IMG/VR virus record: IMGVR_UViG_3300019875_000003
Location: 1 to 44,162 of that record
Reading direction: 5' to 3' (one strand)
From: a virus
Lineage: Duplodnaviria > Caudoviricetes
Length of the DNA: 44,162 nt
In this document: one piece after another, positions 22,999-34,274 of the stretch
Numbering within the stretch: position 1 is the stretch's first letter
Layout of the letters: each line of letters begins with the position of its first letter
Program-made: the position numbers and the translations under genes
The notes under the pieces: generated by a model
What the model was told of the DNA's origin: nothing
What the model saw: the letters and a program-made list of their open reading frames with translations, nothing else
Database searches by the model: none

Positions 22999-24144
22999 TT
23001 AAGGCAGATCGTCCCATTCTTCTGTGTCCAGATCGTCCCACTCTTCTGCAAAGTCCCAAGCAAGCCAAGAACCAGGCGTAATAAACGTATTAATAGACAA
23101 AGTTGGATATGCACGTTCTCCCTCTTTGTCACTAACGAATATTTGCTCAGTAACCTGCATATGACTTGTGGTGCCATCGTCATCACGAAGTTCAACTAGA
23201 TCGTTAAGATGATAATGAACGCCATAAATATACTGCGAGTTATCTATCAATTGACCATCTAGAGCTGTAAGCATTCTGTTTTTAGCTAGTTCATCCTTAC
23301 CCTTTCGGATCAAAGCCGCAGAGTCCATATCATCGTCGCCTACGACTGTCAATACTCTACGTTCAAATCCTTCGACACTTGGATCTACGTCAAGTGCATA
23401 CACAATTTCATGCAAAGTCGCATTCATTACATATGCGGCATTTTTATATAGAGACGTAGATGTAAGTCGATTTGTATTTCTTAGATTATCGAAATCTGGA
23501 CTAAACACTACTGCGGGTAATGTAGTCTGAGTAGTTGTTCGATCACTACCCATATAGAAATCGAAATGTAGAAGATTTAAATATGGGTCACGAGTAAAAC
23601 GAAAACCTATAGAAAACGCATCGGACAAATCCTTTATTGCATCATAAAGTTCGCCGATATCTGGCGTAAATACTATTTCATCAGTAGGTTCGCCAATGGT
23701 ATCTGCAGGATAAATACTACTCAAAATAAGAGGCGTGATTACATCTCCACCGTGTAAAACTCCAGTAACGCAAATATCATTAAATAATGCATTGAGAAGA
23801 GCTAAAGGAACATCTTCCCCAGTCCATTTAACCCAATCTCCAGCATCATTCCAAGCTACAGTTCTTTGTCTAAGGACGTTCTCGAATGAAGGACCTGTGA
23901 TCTTTAGAATACGTCGGCCTTCGTCATCGGTGACATCCTCGACTGTTTCCACCGTCATTATTCGAGTTGACACATTGGTGGCCAGATTTATACCCGGAAT
24001 AAATCTACTTCGATTTGTAAGGGTGGATACAATATGCATTTCAAAATCGCCAATAGATGTGGCTCTTTCGGCCCAAATAAGCGATTCGTAATTGTCTACA
24101 ACTTGAACGCGACGGTAAAGGCTGTCAAGGATATACATCTCCAT
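22999..24144 (-). CDS. Minor tail protein (baseplate hub / Tal-like)
   Basis: YESLIWAER...GDFE, YGVHYHLNDLV; position after Dit. Confidence 0.8.
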   Translation of the reverse strand: MEMYILDSLYRRVQVVDNYESLIWAERATSIGDFEMHIVSTLTNRSRFIPGINLATNVSTRIMTVETVEDVTDDEGRRILKITGPSFENVLRQRTVAWNDAGDWVKWTGEDVPLALLNALFNDICVTGVLHGGDVITPLILSSIYPADTIGEPTDEIVFTPDIGELYDAIKDLSDAFSIGFRFTRDPYLNLLHFDFYMGSDRTTTQTTLPAVVFSPDFDNLRNTNRLTSTSLYKNAAYVMNATLHEIVYALDVDPSVEGFERRVLTVVGDDDMDSAALIRKGKDELAKNRMLTALDGQLIDNSQYIYGVHYHLNDLVELRDDDGTTSHMQVTEQIFVSDKEGERAYPTLSINTFITPGSWLAWDFAEEWDDLDTEEWDDLP

Positions 24145-24965
24145 TACAGCCCTCCATACCTAGTAAGATATTCGATTGTAAATGGAATCGCAGCACCTTC
24201 TGCAAAAACTCGAATATAATTTGGGCCGGGAAGGAGCTCTATCCAGTTAGATTGTGGGGACATACCATATAGAACAGAACTATCTGTACTAGACCTGGTA
24301 AGAGTTACGGCTTTATTTCCAACATTGGTATTAATTGTAAGAACGTCGTCAGCAAGAAGTTCTGTAGAGAAATCAAGAGTTCTTACTTGATCGTCACCAG
24401 GCCGATGATATATAGTAAACTCATCGATAGTTCGATCTACAAGAAGTCTGAAGATTATTCCGGTTTCAACAGATCCATTATAATCAATAAGGAATTCAGT
24501 TGTATCATCAACCGTATTTTCTTCGACTACCAGAGACTCCAACTCAACAAAATCTGGATCATAGCAAATCAATGATATAGTAACTTTGGAATCTTTAGCA
24601 AAGAGGGTGGAATCAAACGACTCCACCCGCCCTGAAATATCCACGACTAAATCGTCTTCTAAAAAGAAACGAAGACCTAATTCAGATTTTGGCATGAAGA
24701 AATTGTACAAATTTCGACGAAGATCTCGAACCGATGTAGTGATATAATCAGGCTGGAGAGTCAACGTGATTATTATATTTCGAGTCTCACGTCGACTAGA
24801 TTGATAACGTGCTCCGTCAAGAGTAGCGGAGGAAGACGATACTAAGGTCGCCTTAACTGGGTCTAATCCCTCAATATTCTCAAGTAACAAGCCATCAGAG
24901 TCATCTGCAAGCTCAAGTGTTAAGAGATTTCCAAGAGTAGATCTTACTTCAACCTTGGTAAGCAT
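24144..24965 (-). CDS. Distal tail protein (Dit)
   Basis: Follows the TMP; IEGLDP, RNI.ITL, LICYDP, WIELLPGPN. Confidence 0.8.
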   Translation of the reverse strand: MLTKVEVRSTLGNLLTLELADDSDGLLLENIEGLDPVKATLVSSSSATLDGARYQSSRRETRNIIITLTLQPDYITTSVRDLRRNLYNFFMPKSELGLRFFLEDDLVVDISGRVESFDSTLFAKDSKVTISLICYDPDFVELESLVVEENTVDDTTEFLIDYNGSVETGIIFRLLVDRTIDEFTIYHRPGDDQVRTLDFSTELLADDVLTINTNVGNKAVTLTRSSTDSSVLYGMSPQSNWIELLPGPNYIRVFAEGAAIPFTIEYLTRYGGL

Positions 24966-27900
24966 TATGTGGTTAGCACCCCCTTCGCTGTAGACAATTG
25001 GTTCTTAGTGTTGCGATAAATATCCGCAGTAGACAAAGCTTTTGGCGATGTATTATTCTGCGTAAAGTTGAACGTATCTCCAGAGCCATTGTCTTGCTGA
25101 GTAGTCGTTTGATCTTGGCTATCTTGAATAGATGCTTCTGCTTCTCTAGCTGAAGAATATGATCCATCCACTCGAATCGGCTTTACATCCATCATAGACC
25201 ACAATTCTTTAGAAGTCCGTTTAACAACAGAAAGATCTAGAACCGGGGTTATTGTGGGAGTAAGATCGACGTTTTCACCGACTACCGAAGACAAATCTCT
25301 AAGTGAATCTTTTAGCGTATCTAGAGTATCAGTTGCTAGATTCTCAGCAGATCTCTTAACAACATAAGCATACTTATCAAGACCTAGAGCAAAACCTTCG
25401 TTAGAATATTTTCCAACCTTTTCAAATTCTTTAGAAGGCGAGGCAATACCAAGGAAATCAAGCGCTGAATTAAGAGCAGATTTAGCAACATTCTTAGCAG
25501 CATTAGCAACTTGACCAATACCGGCATTAAGTCCTTTTATCATACCCTTAACAATGGCTATACCTAGATCTCCACCGGCCTTGCCTAGTGCTTCAGAATT
25601 TTGATCAATTGCCTTAGTCATACCACGTATGAAACCTAAGATCATATCTACTCCGGCTTGAATGACCTTTGGCACAGAATTACCCAAAGCACGGAGGAAA
25701 TTCTCAACGATCTCGCTTACAGTCTTAGCAACCTTACCTATGTTATTACGTATGCCCTCGAGTACGCCTATTAGAATCTTTAGGCCAGCTTCGGCCATAC
25801 GAGGCACAGCAGTCTCAAGAATAACAAGGATCAATATAATTAGCTTGACAATTATCTCAGCCAGCTTTGGAAGAATCTTGTCAAGACCATCAAATAACTG
25901 CAAGATAAGTGAGATAATAAGTTCTACGATCTTTGGAACGCCTTCTATAAGAACATCCACAAGAAGCAATAGAGCTATACCAACTTGCTGCACCAACGCT
26001 GGTATTAGTCCAATAACAGCGCTAATAATTGCTACAATAGCAGCAGCACCAGCCGCTCCAGCGACGCTAAGAGCAGTAAGACCAGCTGCAAATAAGAACA
26101 CACCAGAACCAGCTAGAGCTAGACCACCGCCAATGAGAGCGATAGCAAGACCAAGCCCGAGAAGAACAGGGACAACTGGACCCAGTATAGCGCCAGCCAC
26201 GCCAAGGACAACAAACACAGCAGCAAGAGCGACAAGGCCTTTAACAATTTCGCCCCATTCCATGTTACCTAGGATCTTAAGAACTGTGGACAACGTAAGT
26301 AGAGCACCAGAAACAATTAGTAGAGCTAAAGCTCCTGGAAGTGCTCCAGTCATGAGATACATTGCGCCAGAAATAATAGCCAATGCTCCAGCAAGAGTTA
26401 CAAGACCTTTTACAATTTGTCCCCAGTCCATGTTTCCCATAGACTCAATAGCTTTGGCGAGGATGGTTACGGCGTATGCAACTATGAGAACGCCTGCTGC
26501 AGAAAGAGGCGCTGTGGGAGGAATCAAATATAGAGCAGCACCAATAAGAGCAAGGCTAGTCGCTAGGACAGCCATACCCTTACCAACATTCTCCCAAGAT
26601 ATACCCGATATGGCTTGGATTGCTTCGGAAAGAATGGCAAGACTTTGCGCCACTATTATGATACCTAGAGCTGTTATAGGCGCTGTAGGAGGAATAAGAT
26701 AAAGAGCAGCACCAATAAGAGCAAGACTTGTGGCTAGGACAGCCATGCCCTTTCCGATATTCTCCCAAGAAATACTAGACAAATCCATAACAGCACTAGC
26801 TAGAATTTTGATTCCCACAGCTAATAGAACAATGCCAGCTCCAGCAAGAACTCCTGTTGCGTTTGCTTGAGCGAACCTGGTAAATAAAGTTAGTGCCGCA
26901 AGAAGGCCGGCGACCCCAGTAAGACCCTTAGACAGTTCTTCCCAATCCATACCTGAAAGAGCTTGAACTGATGTAACAAGCACACGTATTGCCGCAGATA
27001 GAATAAGAAGACCTAACCCTGTGGCTATCATCTTTCCAGAATCTGGCATTACATTAGCGGCAGCAATTAGTGCAGTAAGAAGAACGACTGTTCCGGCAAG
27101 ACCTTTAGCAAGTTCTTCCCAGCTAAGATCGGATAGCTGTTTAACCGCTAACGCTAGAATATTAATTGCAATTCCTAGAACAGTCATGGCAGCCGCCATG
27201 ATATAAATCTTGATAACATTCGTACTAGGCATTTTTGTAAGAATCGCCATGGCAGCAAGTAACTGAGTAAACATAATAGCAATAGCAGACATTGCTCTTG
27301 CCAACGCCTCAGCGTCAATCTTTGATAGTGCTAGAATAGCAATAGCTAGAACTCCAAGAGAGATAGCAATTTCTAGCAAGGCTGCAGCATTCAATGCGTG
27401 CTGCATAGCACTTAGCGAAGACGTAAGCCCACTTATAATGCCCGATATTCCATTGTTACTAGCCATTTTATGGAACAAATATACAAATGTTGCCAAGGCT
27501 CCGGTGTTTATGATCTTAAGAATTGAATCAAAGTTAATACCGCCAATTGCACTGCTAATATCACGGAACCAACTGGCTAGTTTATTTGAAAGAGGAGCAA
27601 ATAATTTGAAAATATCTCCAAATAAACTAATAACTTTAGTCCAAGAAGAGACTATGACATCAGCAAGTCTCTCCATTGGGTTGATTCCTGCAATAAAATC
27701 AACAACGCCTTGAGCTGCAGCTTCTGTATCAACATTCGCGAACACTTTGCCGAGAAGATTTCCCAAAACCTTCAAAAGTTTAATAGGAAGAACTAAAATT
27801 CGACCTAAATTATCAAAGAAATGTGTAAGATCATCACCATTCTTAATAGCAGAATGCAATGCTACTAAGAAATCACCAATACTTCCAGTGAATTCAAGGA

Positions 27901-29365
27901 TACCCCCCGAACCCTTGGTGGCTACACCGAATAGTTCGAAGAATACTCGAGCAACTTGCTTAACAACTTCCCAACCAATACCAAGAACAGCAAAGACCCC
28001 AGCCCAAGTACGACGCATATTTGCCATCGTACCTTCGCCTTGCTTTAAACTATAAAAGAAATCTCGAATACTAACTGTTATCTTAAACAATTGTTCTGCA
28101 GTAGCTGCAGGAAATATATCTCTAAATGCTAAACGAATTGGTGTAATAATCTCACCGAGAGCGTTAATTGCATATGTGAACGCTTCAATAAGAACTGTAC
28201 GACCACCAAGATCTTTCCATCCTTCTAAAAGATTATTTCGGGCGTCGGCAATTCCACCAATGGTATCATTTAGAGATCGATAAACTGAAGAAAACAATTC
28301 TTTTGCTTCGGTAAAGTTACCGAATATAAGTTCCCAAGTCTTAGCCCAACCAGAACCAGCGGACTCACGAAGAGCACCCATAAGCTGTGTTATGGTCTTA
28401 ACCTCAGTGGCTGCAGCCTTGGCTGTCGCTGCTTGCTTCTGAATCGCGGCAATCTGAGTCGCATTGAAACCCATTGCGGCTAGTTCGGCGTCTTTCAGGT
28501 CTCCAGTGAACTGGGAAAGAGTCTTAGTCAAGACGTCAGCAGTGAGCCAACCTTTTTCAAGAGAGTTACGAAATGCATCGCCATCAATTTTGACGGTTTT
28601 CATATCTCCAGAAAGAGTTACTGCGCCTTTACTAAGTTTCCCCATTACTATAGCTGTTTGTGCCAAGGCACGTTGGAAAACAGTACCACCCATACCAGCA
28701 TTGACAACCGAATTCCAGTCAATTAATTTGACTGTCCCCGAAGAAATCGCTTGAGATAGCTGATACATGGCCGTAGCGGCCTGCATCGAATTAGACCCTG
28801 ATAGAGCTGCAAGGTTAGCGATACCTTTAATAGCCGCCACAGCAGGCGTCAGAGCTACACCAGCAGCAGTAAAGGTACCGATATTCCGAGCCATCTCAGA
28901 GAAGTTATAAATGGTCTGATCAGAATATAGATTTAGCTCTTGGAGAGCCGCACTTACCTGTTCTAGACCAACATTCGCCGCTTGAGTGTTCGCTAGAATA
29001 GTCTGAATTGAGTTTAGGTTGGTCTCATATTCAGTAAGACCACTCTTAAGCGGATCGATCGTAAGAGATTTAACTAGACTAGCGCCAGTTGTTATTGCTT
29101 GATGAGCAATCGTTGTTAATGCTGTTATTGCAACGATCGACATCGATTGAAAACGCTGAGCAATTCCATCAACAGCGCTAGCAATATGTTCTAGATGTAC
29201 ATTCTTTCCTGCAGAACTAAGATCGGTGAGGCCTTTGGTGGCGCCTTCGAGCTTCAAACCCTTATTTAGGGCGTCCAGCGATGCGAGAGTCGTCCTGATT
29301 CCATTTTCAAACTGAGCATTGTCAAACTTCATACTGACAACACGATCTTCTACGCTGTTGCTCAT
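24965..29365 (-). CDS. Tape measure protein
   Basis: About 1466 aa; Ala/Leu/Gly-rich helical repeats; LGIASPSK; start refined by the ATGA overlap. Confidence 0.9.
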   Translation of the reverse strand: MSNSVEDRVVSMKFDNAQFENGIRTTLASLDALNKGLKLEGATKGLTDLSSAGKNVHLEHIASAVDGIAQRFQSMSIVAITALTTIAHQAITTGASLVKSLTIDPLKSGLTEYETNLNSIQTILANTQAANVGLEQVSAALQELNLYSDQTIYNFSEMARNIGTFTAAGVALTPAVAAIKGIANLAALSGSNSMQAATAMYQLSQAISSGTVKLIDWNSVVNAGMGGTVFQRALAQTAIVMGKLSKGAVTLSGDMKTVKIDGDAFRNSLEKGWLTADVLTKTLSQFTGDLKDAELAAMGFNATQIAAIQKQAATAKAAATEVKTITQLMGALRESAGSGWAKTWELIFGNFTEAKELFSSVYRSLNDTIGGIADARNNLLEGWKDLGGRTVLIEAFTYAINALGEIITPIRLAFRDIFPAATAEQLFKITVSIRDFFYSLKQGEGTMANMRRTWAGVFAVLGIGWEVVKQVARVFFELFGVATKGSGGILEFTGSIGDFLVALHSAIKNGDDLTHFFDNLGRILVLPIKLLKVLGNLLGKVFANVDTEAAAQGVVDFIAGINPMERLADVIVSSWTKVISLFGDIFKLFAPLSNKLASWFRDISSAIGGINFDSILKIINTGALATFVYLFHKMASNNGISGIISGLTSSLSAMQHALNAAALLEIAISLGVLAIAILALSKIDAEALARAMSAIAIMFTQLLAAMAILTKMPSTNVIKIYIMAAAMTVLGIAINILALAVKQLSDLSWEELAKGLAGTVVLLTALIAAANVMPDSGKMIATGLGLLILSAAIRVLVTSVQALSGMDWEELSKGLTGVAGLLAALTLFTRFAQANATGVLAGAGIVLLAVGIKILASAVMDLSSISWENIGKGMAVLATSLALIGAALYLIPPTAPITALGIIIVAQSLAILSEAIQAISGISWENVGKGMAVLATSLALIGAALYLIPPTAPLSAAGVLIVAYAVTILAKAIESMGNMDWGQIVKGLVTLAGALAIISGAMYLMTGALPGALALLIVSGALLTLSTVLKILGNMEWGEIVKGLVALAAVFVVLGVAGAILGPVVPVLLGLGLAIALIGGGLALAGSGVFLFAAGLTALSVAGAAGAAAIVAIISAVIGLIPALVQQVGIALLLLVDVLIEGVPKIVELIISLILQLFDGLDKILPKLAEIIVKLIILILVILETAVPRMAEAGLKILIGVLEGIRNNIGKVAKTVSEIVENFLRALGNSVPKVIQAGVDMILGFIRGMTKAIDQNSEALGKAGGDLGIAIVKGMIKGLNAGIGQVANAAKNVAKSALNSALDFLGIASPSKEFEKVGKYSNEGFALGLDKYAYVVKRSAENLATDTLDTLKDSLRDLSSVVGENVDLTPTITPVLDLSVVKRTSKELWSMMDVKPIRVDGSYSSAREAEASIQDSQDQTTTQQDNGSGDTFNFTQNNTSPKALSTADIYRNTKNQLSTAKGVLTT
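26508..26770 (-). repeat. 171-bp tandem repeat unit within the TMP
   Basis: ISWEN(I/V)GKGMAVLATSLALIGAALYLIPPTAP twice; AGAGCAGCACCAATAAGAGCAAG at 26532 and 26703. Confidence 0.85.
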
Positions 29366-29742
29366 GCTGCGATCACCGCCTCCCAAACCTCTGCTGACAA
29401 TTGGTCAAATATAGGCTGAATTGCCGGATTTATGTAGTCTATTCCTTGAACAAAACCCCCGGAGCCTGTTCCATGCCCATATTGCAACATTATTGCCACA
29501 GGAAAACCGTTTTCCAAATCAGAATTAGTGAAGGTTAGCGTATAACCGCCTTTGACTTTCTTTACTTCATAATCCCAAGAATTAGCGGTTTTCCCGGTAT
29601 CAACTGGTGTCGCAAGACGTAATGCTAATACGCCTCTTAAGCCTCCATGATTTAGAATACCTAATATTTGATCATTACGTAAAGCGTTTCTAAGAAAAGA
29701 CTCGGTTCTTTTAAAGGAGCCTTTTGATTCAATATAAAACAT
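29362..29742 (-). CDS. HK97 gp10-like tail-completion/neck protein
   Basis: ATPVDTGKTANSW, LQYGHGT, DYINPA. Confidence 0.75.
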   Translation of the reverse strand: MFYIESKGSFKRTESFLRNALRNDQILGILNHGGLRGVLALRLATPVDTGKTANSWDYEVKKVKGGYTLTFTNSDLENGFPVAIMLQYGHGTGSGGFVQGIDYINPAIQPIFDQLSAEVWEAVIAA

Positions 29743-29760
29743 CAGACTCCTCCAAAAGAC

Positions 29761-31698
29761 CTATTTATGCACCATCACTGACCAACTAGAACTTGCCGGG
29801 TCAATTGCTGAACCTGTGCTGTTATGCAGTCTAACAGTTACGGTGTTTGTTGCTGACACATAAACAGTCACGTTAAGACCAGTATTTAGAGTTGACGGTG
29901 GACCAGCTGATACTGGATCGCCAGTAGCCGCACCAGTAGCTGTAATAGTCAATTCGGAAGTTGCGCCAGCAGCAATTGAACTAAAGTCTAGAGTAGCGGT
30001 AGCTTTAATTCCTTGATGCAGTGTGCCGTTTAATGAATTAATTCTTGCACGCAATTCTCCTGTATCCGAGCGATACCAAACAGAACCGCTATTGGGCGTA
30101 GGTGATGGATCAGAAGTAAGAGATGCAAGTTTAAGTCCTGTAGTCAATGACACAACGCCCGTAGCTCTATCAATACTGAATGGTGTATCTATACTGACAC
30201 CGGCGTCGTCATAACGATTGATATTAAAGTTAGTCCCAGCATTACTTCCAGCCTCGGTGGTTGATGAAGCTCTAACAACCCATCGCTTACCAGAAGTAGA
30301 AGTCCAGAACTCAATATCACGATTTGTGGCGGTCAAACCAATGATGCGATGAGTATTAGCTTGCTCCAATGTTACAGTTCCAGTTGATGGATTTGTAACA
30401 TTGAACCTAGTAGTGTTATCATAACAAAGTTGACTCTGATTATCTAGGATCGATGCCACAGTGCCGTTGAAATGACAACCAGAAGTGCTAATCTGGGGAG
30501 CATAAGAAATCTTCAAACCATAATCTGGACTATAGATTCCTGCACCAGCATCATTTCGATTGGTATTTACTACACAACCAACCATAGTTACTGGATTATG
30601 GTTATTGCTGCCTCCACCAGTAGCACCTAGAATATTAAATCCAGCGTATCCCGCAGGAGTAACATCATCATTGGCGCCGTCTCGATTAGCAATACAACCT
30701 ACTAGCTGAACAGATCTTACACCAGAGCCTTTAGACTCTATATGAAAACCGTCTTTTGTATTTCGATCAGTATCACAGTTAATAAAACGAATACGTGAAG
30801 AACCATAAACTTCATATCCATGACCCGTATTAAACTCAGATCGACAAGAAATGAGATCGGCAGAGAGAACTGAAGACCAGTACCAACCACCACCTTCATT
30901 GGCGCCACCCCAACAACCAATATAAGTCGCATCTGTTATAGCAAATGATGCTGCACCAGTATTTTCATGCTTATAAGCATAGCCTGCGCTTGACTGCATA
31001 TAACTTCCGTCAAACACCCAACCCTTAGGATGTCCAGTGGCATTGGTATCCGTATGAACGCCATTGCCACTCATGTTATGAATACAAACACGATGCAGTG
31101 AAACATCGATAACTTCTCCGGTGGAATAAATTCCATCGATGGGGTTGGAGCCCGCACCGTCGAGATCTTCACCATCAAGAGTAATATCAATTAAACGAAT
31201 AGCGCTTGTATAGGTCTCAGTATATCCACCTGCAGTATCATCTATGATTCGAATAATAGCGTTAGAAGTGAATGCCGATGCTGTAGGTTTAATACACGAC
31301 GATATACCAGTTGGTTCCTTGGCATATTGAGGCCATCGAGGAGCATGAGTTCCTTGAAGAGTTGTCCTAGGAGGAACCGTAATTTGCTGAGAAATCCTAT
31401 ATTTTCCCGGAGGAAAGAAAACTGTTCCTCCTCGCGGACATGCGGCGATTGCAGCAGTAATCTCTGCATAATCATCGGTAGAATCATCACCAACAGCGCC
31501 ATAATCCTTAACATTGACAAACAAATCGCCTTCTTGCATACCTGCATCTAGGGCTGCAACTAGACCTGTTACTTGCGACTGAGCGATAGTAATTGGGTCA
31601 GAACCAGCACTAGCATGTGTAGCCGCATGAGAAATTGAGGCTTTTCCTGCCAAGGCAGTGTCTATACTAGCTTTGGTGTATACCTCGACAGTAGCCAT
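29761..31698 (-). CDS. Tailspike / beta-helix depolymerase (pectate-lyase-3-like)
   Basis: VNVKDYGAVGDDSTDD..AI...GGTVFFPPGKY, followed by parallel beta-helix-type repeats. Confidence 0.8.
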   Translation of the reverse strand: MATVEVYTKASIDTALAGKASISHAATHASAGSDPITIAQSQVTGLVAALDAGMQEGDLFVNVKDYGAVGDDSTDDYAEITAAIAACPRGGTVFFPPGKYRISQQITVPPRTTLQGTHAPRWPQYAKEPTGISSCIKPTASAFTSNAIIRIIDDTAGGYTETYTSAIRLIDITLDGEDLDGAGSNPIDGIYSTGEVIDVSLHRVCIHNMSGNGVHTDTNATGHPKGWVFDGSYMQSSAGYAYKHENTGAASFAITDATYIGCWGGANEGGGWYWSSVLSADLISCRSEFNTGHGYEVYGSSRIRFINCDTDRNTKDGFHIESKGSGVRSVQLVGCIANRDGANDDVTPAGYAGFNILGATGGGSNNHNPVTMVGCVVNTNRNDAGAGIYSPDYGLKISYAPQISTSGCHFNGTVASILDNQSQLCYDNTTRFNVTNPSTGTVTLEQANTHRIIGLTATNRDIEFWTSTSGKRWVVRASSTTEAGSNAGTNFNINRYDDAGVSIDTPFSIDRATGVVSLTTGLKLASLTSDPSPTPNSGSVWYRSDTGELRARINSLNGTLHQGIKATATLDFSSIAAGATSELTITATGAATGDPVSAGPPSTLNTGLNVTVYVSATNTVTVRLHNSTGSAIDPASSSWSVMVHK

Positions 31699-31710
31699 AA
31701 TAGCTCCTTA

Positions 31711-32499
31711 TTATTGAGAACTTATTTCATAGACGTTAGCACTAATACCTACAACGGACGGCCAAGTAATAGAATAACTATCTGCATCTAGTTCTACTAC
31801 TATTTCATCTGGCCCAATTATTGTTGCTACGCCATCTTCTTCGATTACACGAAGAGTTGCATTTTCTTCATAAATTTCAACTAGTTCTTCTATTGTTGGT
31901 ATTCTAGAGTCGCTGCCTTCATCGCCATATATGGTAGACTCAATAGCAGAAAGAGTTGCTTCGTTAGTTAATCGAGAATCTATAATTACATGAGCAGATT
32001 TCTTGTAACCGCTCACATTGGATGGTAGTGTTGTTAAATCCCAACTAAATGACATTGGACTTGTACTTGGATTTACAGTAGCATAAGTTCTTGACGATGG
32101 TCTAACAATTGCATTATAAATGATATGAATCTTATAACCATAACTTAGACCATCCAAATCGTTTCCTATAAAAGATCTATAAGAAAGATTAAATTTCTTC
32201 TTCTTTTGCTGAGATACATTAAGGCCGTACCGAACTCTATAAGTTCCTTCGCACTTTTCGAATTCTTCTGGATAAGTAAAAGCCGATATGTTAGCTTCAA
32301 ACTCTTCATAAGAAGTAACTTGTAGATACTTGTCACCATCCAAATAGAAAGCTCGAGTATCTTCTCCTCTTAAATTCTCAACAATAGAACTAAGACCAGA
32401 CCAAGGAACTCCTGGATCACCGTTTACCGATAAAACACCTCGATCGACACCAGTTTCATAAATACGAGAACCGGAGTCATCCCAAACGATTCTAGTCAT
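31711..32499 (-). CDS. Major-tail-protein paralog
   Basis: MTRIVWD...RIYETGVDRGVL, EEFEANI.AFTYP.EF, GYKIHIIYNA, FSWDLTT; aligns by eye with 33084..33962. Confidence 0.8.
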   Translation of the reverse strand: MTRIVWDDSGSRIYETGVDRGVLSVNGDPGVPWSGLSSIVENLRGEDTRAFYLDGDKYLQVTSYEEFEANISAFTYPEEFEKCEGTYRVRYGLNVSQQKKKKFNLSYRSFIGNDLDGLSYGYKIHIIYNAIVRPSSRTYATVNPSTSPMSFSWDLTTLPSNVSGYKKSAHVIIDSRLTNEATLSAIESTIYGDEGSDSRIPTIEELVEIYEENATLRVIEEDGVATIIGPDEIVVELDADSYSITWPSVVGISANVYEISSQ

Positions 32500-32511
32500 A
32501 AGGCAATCCTC

Positions 32512-33054
32512 TCAGCCTCTTGTACCCAGGGCTTCTCGACGTTCTGCGTTCAACGAACGCTGTTGCGCAAGCATATCACGACGACTCATCTTCTTCGATG
32601 GTGAATTCTTGCGATTACATACTTTAACCAAGGTCAAAAGTCGATTGAGATGCCAATATTGGCATTCGAACGGAATGTTTAGTGCTATCATCCAGTAGTA
32701 TATAAGTTCTGCTGTAATTCCTTCTCTACTCATCTTCTGGACACCATGCTCAATGAATGTTGTAGCCGTCATAGTGTCACTAATGTATTCATTAATCTGT
32801 CTAATATTCTCTTTAGACAAATGTGAAAAGACCTCCGGGGAAACCTCCGGAGACAAAACCATAGCTTTGATATAATAAAGTGTTTCCTCAGAAGTCTTTT
32901 CAGTTCTATTTAAAAAGGGTTTCTTATAGTAAGACTCCCATTTTGATAGAGAGACCAGAGAATGCTCCATCTCTAAGACAAAATTAGTCAGAGGAACGAA
33001 TTCATTAGTTTCATCATTGAAAGCTTCCGTCATAGTAACAAAGATCTGAAGCAT
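32512..33054 (-). CDS. Tail assembly chaperone
   Basis: Follows the MTP; [27 protein letters not shown]. Confidence 0.7.
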   Translation of the reverse strand: MLQIFVTMTEAFNDETNEFVPLTNFVLEMEHSLVSLSKWESYYKKPFLNRTEKTSEETLYYIKAMVLSPEVSPEVFSHLSKENIRQINEYISDTMTATTFIEHGVQKMSREGITAELIYYWMIALNIPFECQYWHLNRLLTLVKVCNRKNSPSKKMSRRDMLAQQRSLNAERREALGTRG

Positions 33055-33083
33055 CTCTGGCCTCCTTTCTATTTTAGAACGAA

Positions 33084-33962
33084 CTACACGAAGACGATCA
33101 AGAAATCGTCGTCCGATCCAGCCGGGAACTTGTAACCAGTGGCCGGACGAACCTTGATAAGAACATTCTCTGTGATTGGGCCATATGCACCCGAAGGAAG
33201 TGTGCCATCAGCATCCGTGTAGTAGACGACACCAGTAATGGTTGGGATGGTAACAATGTCGGTCGTCGAGTTGTATGCCGGAGGAGTAGGCATGGCCGTT
33301 TCGGTTACAGAACCGGCGAATACGGCAAGCACATCGTCTGGCGTCGGAAGCAAAGGATCAACACCTACTCCGCCATAGATCATCGCTTCGAGAGTAGCCA
33401 ACGCCGTTGAATCGACCTTAGTGCTATCGATCGTCATACTAGCCGTCGGCTTGTATCCAGTCATCGAAACTGGTGTAGTGGTCAGATCCCAACTGAAGGT
33501 GATGGCCTCAGGCGAGTCATTAATTGTATTGAAACCCTTCTCCGAAGGCGCAGCGAAGGCGTTCCAAACCAAATGCAGCTTATAACCGAGCTCAGTTCCC
33601 TCAAGATCGTTGCCAACTCGCGTTCGATAAGACAGACCGAACAACTTTCGTGGCTGTTGACCAATCAGAACACCAGACTCAGGTTGTGCTGAGCCATCAC
33701 ATTCAGCAAATTCGTCTGGATAAGTATAGGCCTCGATAGTGGCCTCGAACTCCTCGAGGGAGATGAGATTCAGATAAGGAATGTTATCGGCATAAGTCTT
33801 GGTAGATTCGGCACCAGTAGGCGACTCAGTTACAGAAACCAAGCCATTCCAAGCAAAACCAGTGTCATAGACACCACTAGGGTTAATTCGGTACAGAACT
33901 CCGTGATCGCAGCCGGTTTCGTAGAACCGCTCTCCGACGGTGTCCCAGACGAGACTCGTCAT
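33084..33962 (-). CDS. Major tail protein
   Basis: [31 protein letters not shown]; C-terminal Ig-like extension. Confidence 0.85.
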   Translation of the reverse strand: MTSLVWDTVGERFYETGCDHGVLYRINPSGVYDTGFAWNGLVSVTESPTGAESTKTYADNIPYLNLISLEEFEATIEAYTYPDEFAECDGSAQPESGVLIGQQPRKLFGLSYRTRVGNDLEGTELGYKLHLVWNAFAAPSEKGFNTINDSPEAITFSWDLTTTPVSMTGYKPTASMTIDSTKVDSTALATLEAMIYGGVGVDPLLPTPDDVLAVFAGSVTETAMPTPPAYNSTTDIVTIPTITGVVYYTDADGTLPSGAYGPITENVLIKVRPATGYKFPAGSDDDFLIVFV

Positions 33963-33974
33963 GTTTACTTCTCC

Positions 33975-34274
33975 TTAGAAGTAGAGATTGAATACGTCAT
34001 GATTTAGATTCTTTGCCGCATATCCTCTATTATAGAGACACATCGGTAGATTAGCGATCAGAGAAATAATAATACTATCAGGGTTTCGATCGATTATCGT
34101 AACCAAATATCGTGTAGTTAGACGGTATGGAGAATCGTTAGCAAAGGTGACATCCATTTTATCACGTTTGTATACGATACATGGATACTCAATCGATAAT
34201 CCGTCGGGAGGCTGAAAATATACATTAGAAGTCAACGTCTCAAAAAGTGATTGCAACTCAAGCCGTGTTCCCAT
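33975..34274 (-). CDS. Tail terminator
   Basis: NVYFQPP..L.IEYPCIVY; position in the tail module. Confidence 0.7.
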   Translation of the reverse strand: MGTRLELQSLFETLTSNVYFQPPDGLSIEYPCIVYKRDKMDVTFANDSPYRLTTRYLVTIIDRNPDSIIISLIANLPMCLYNRGYAAKNLNHDVFNLYF

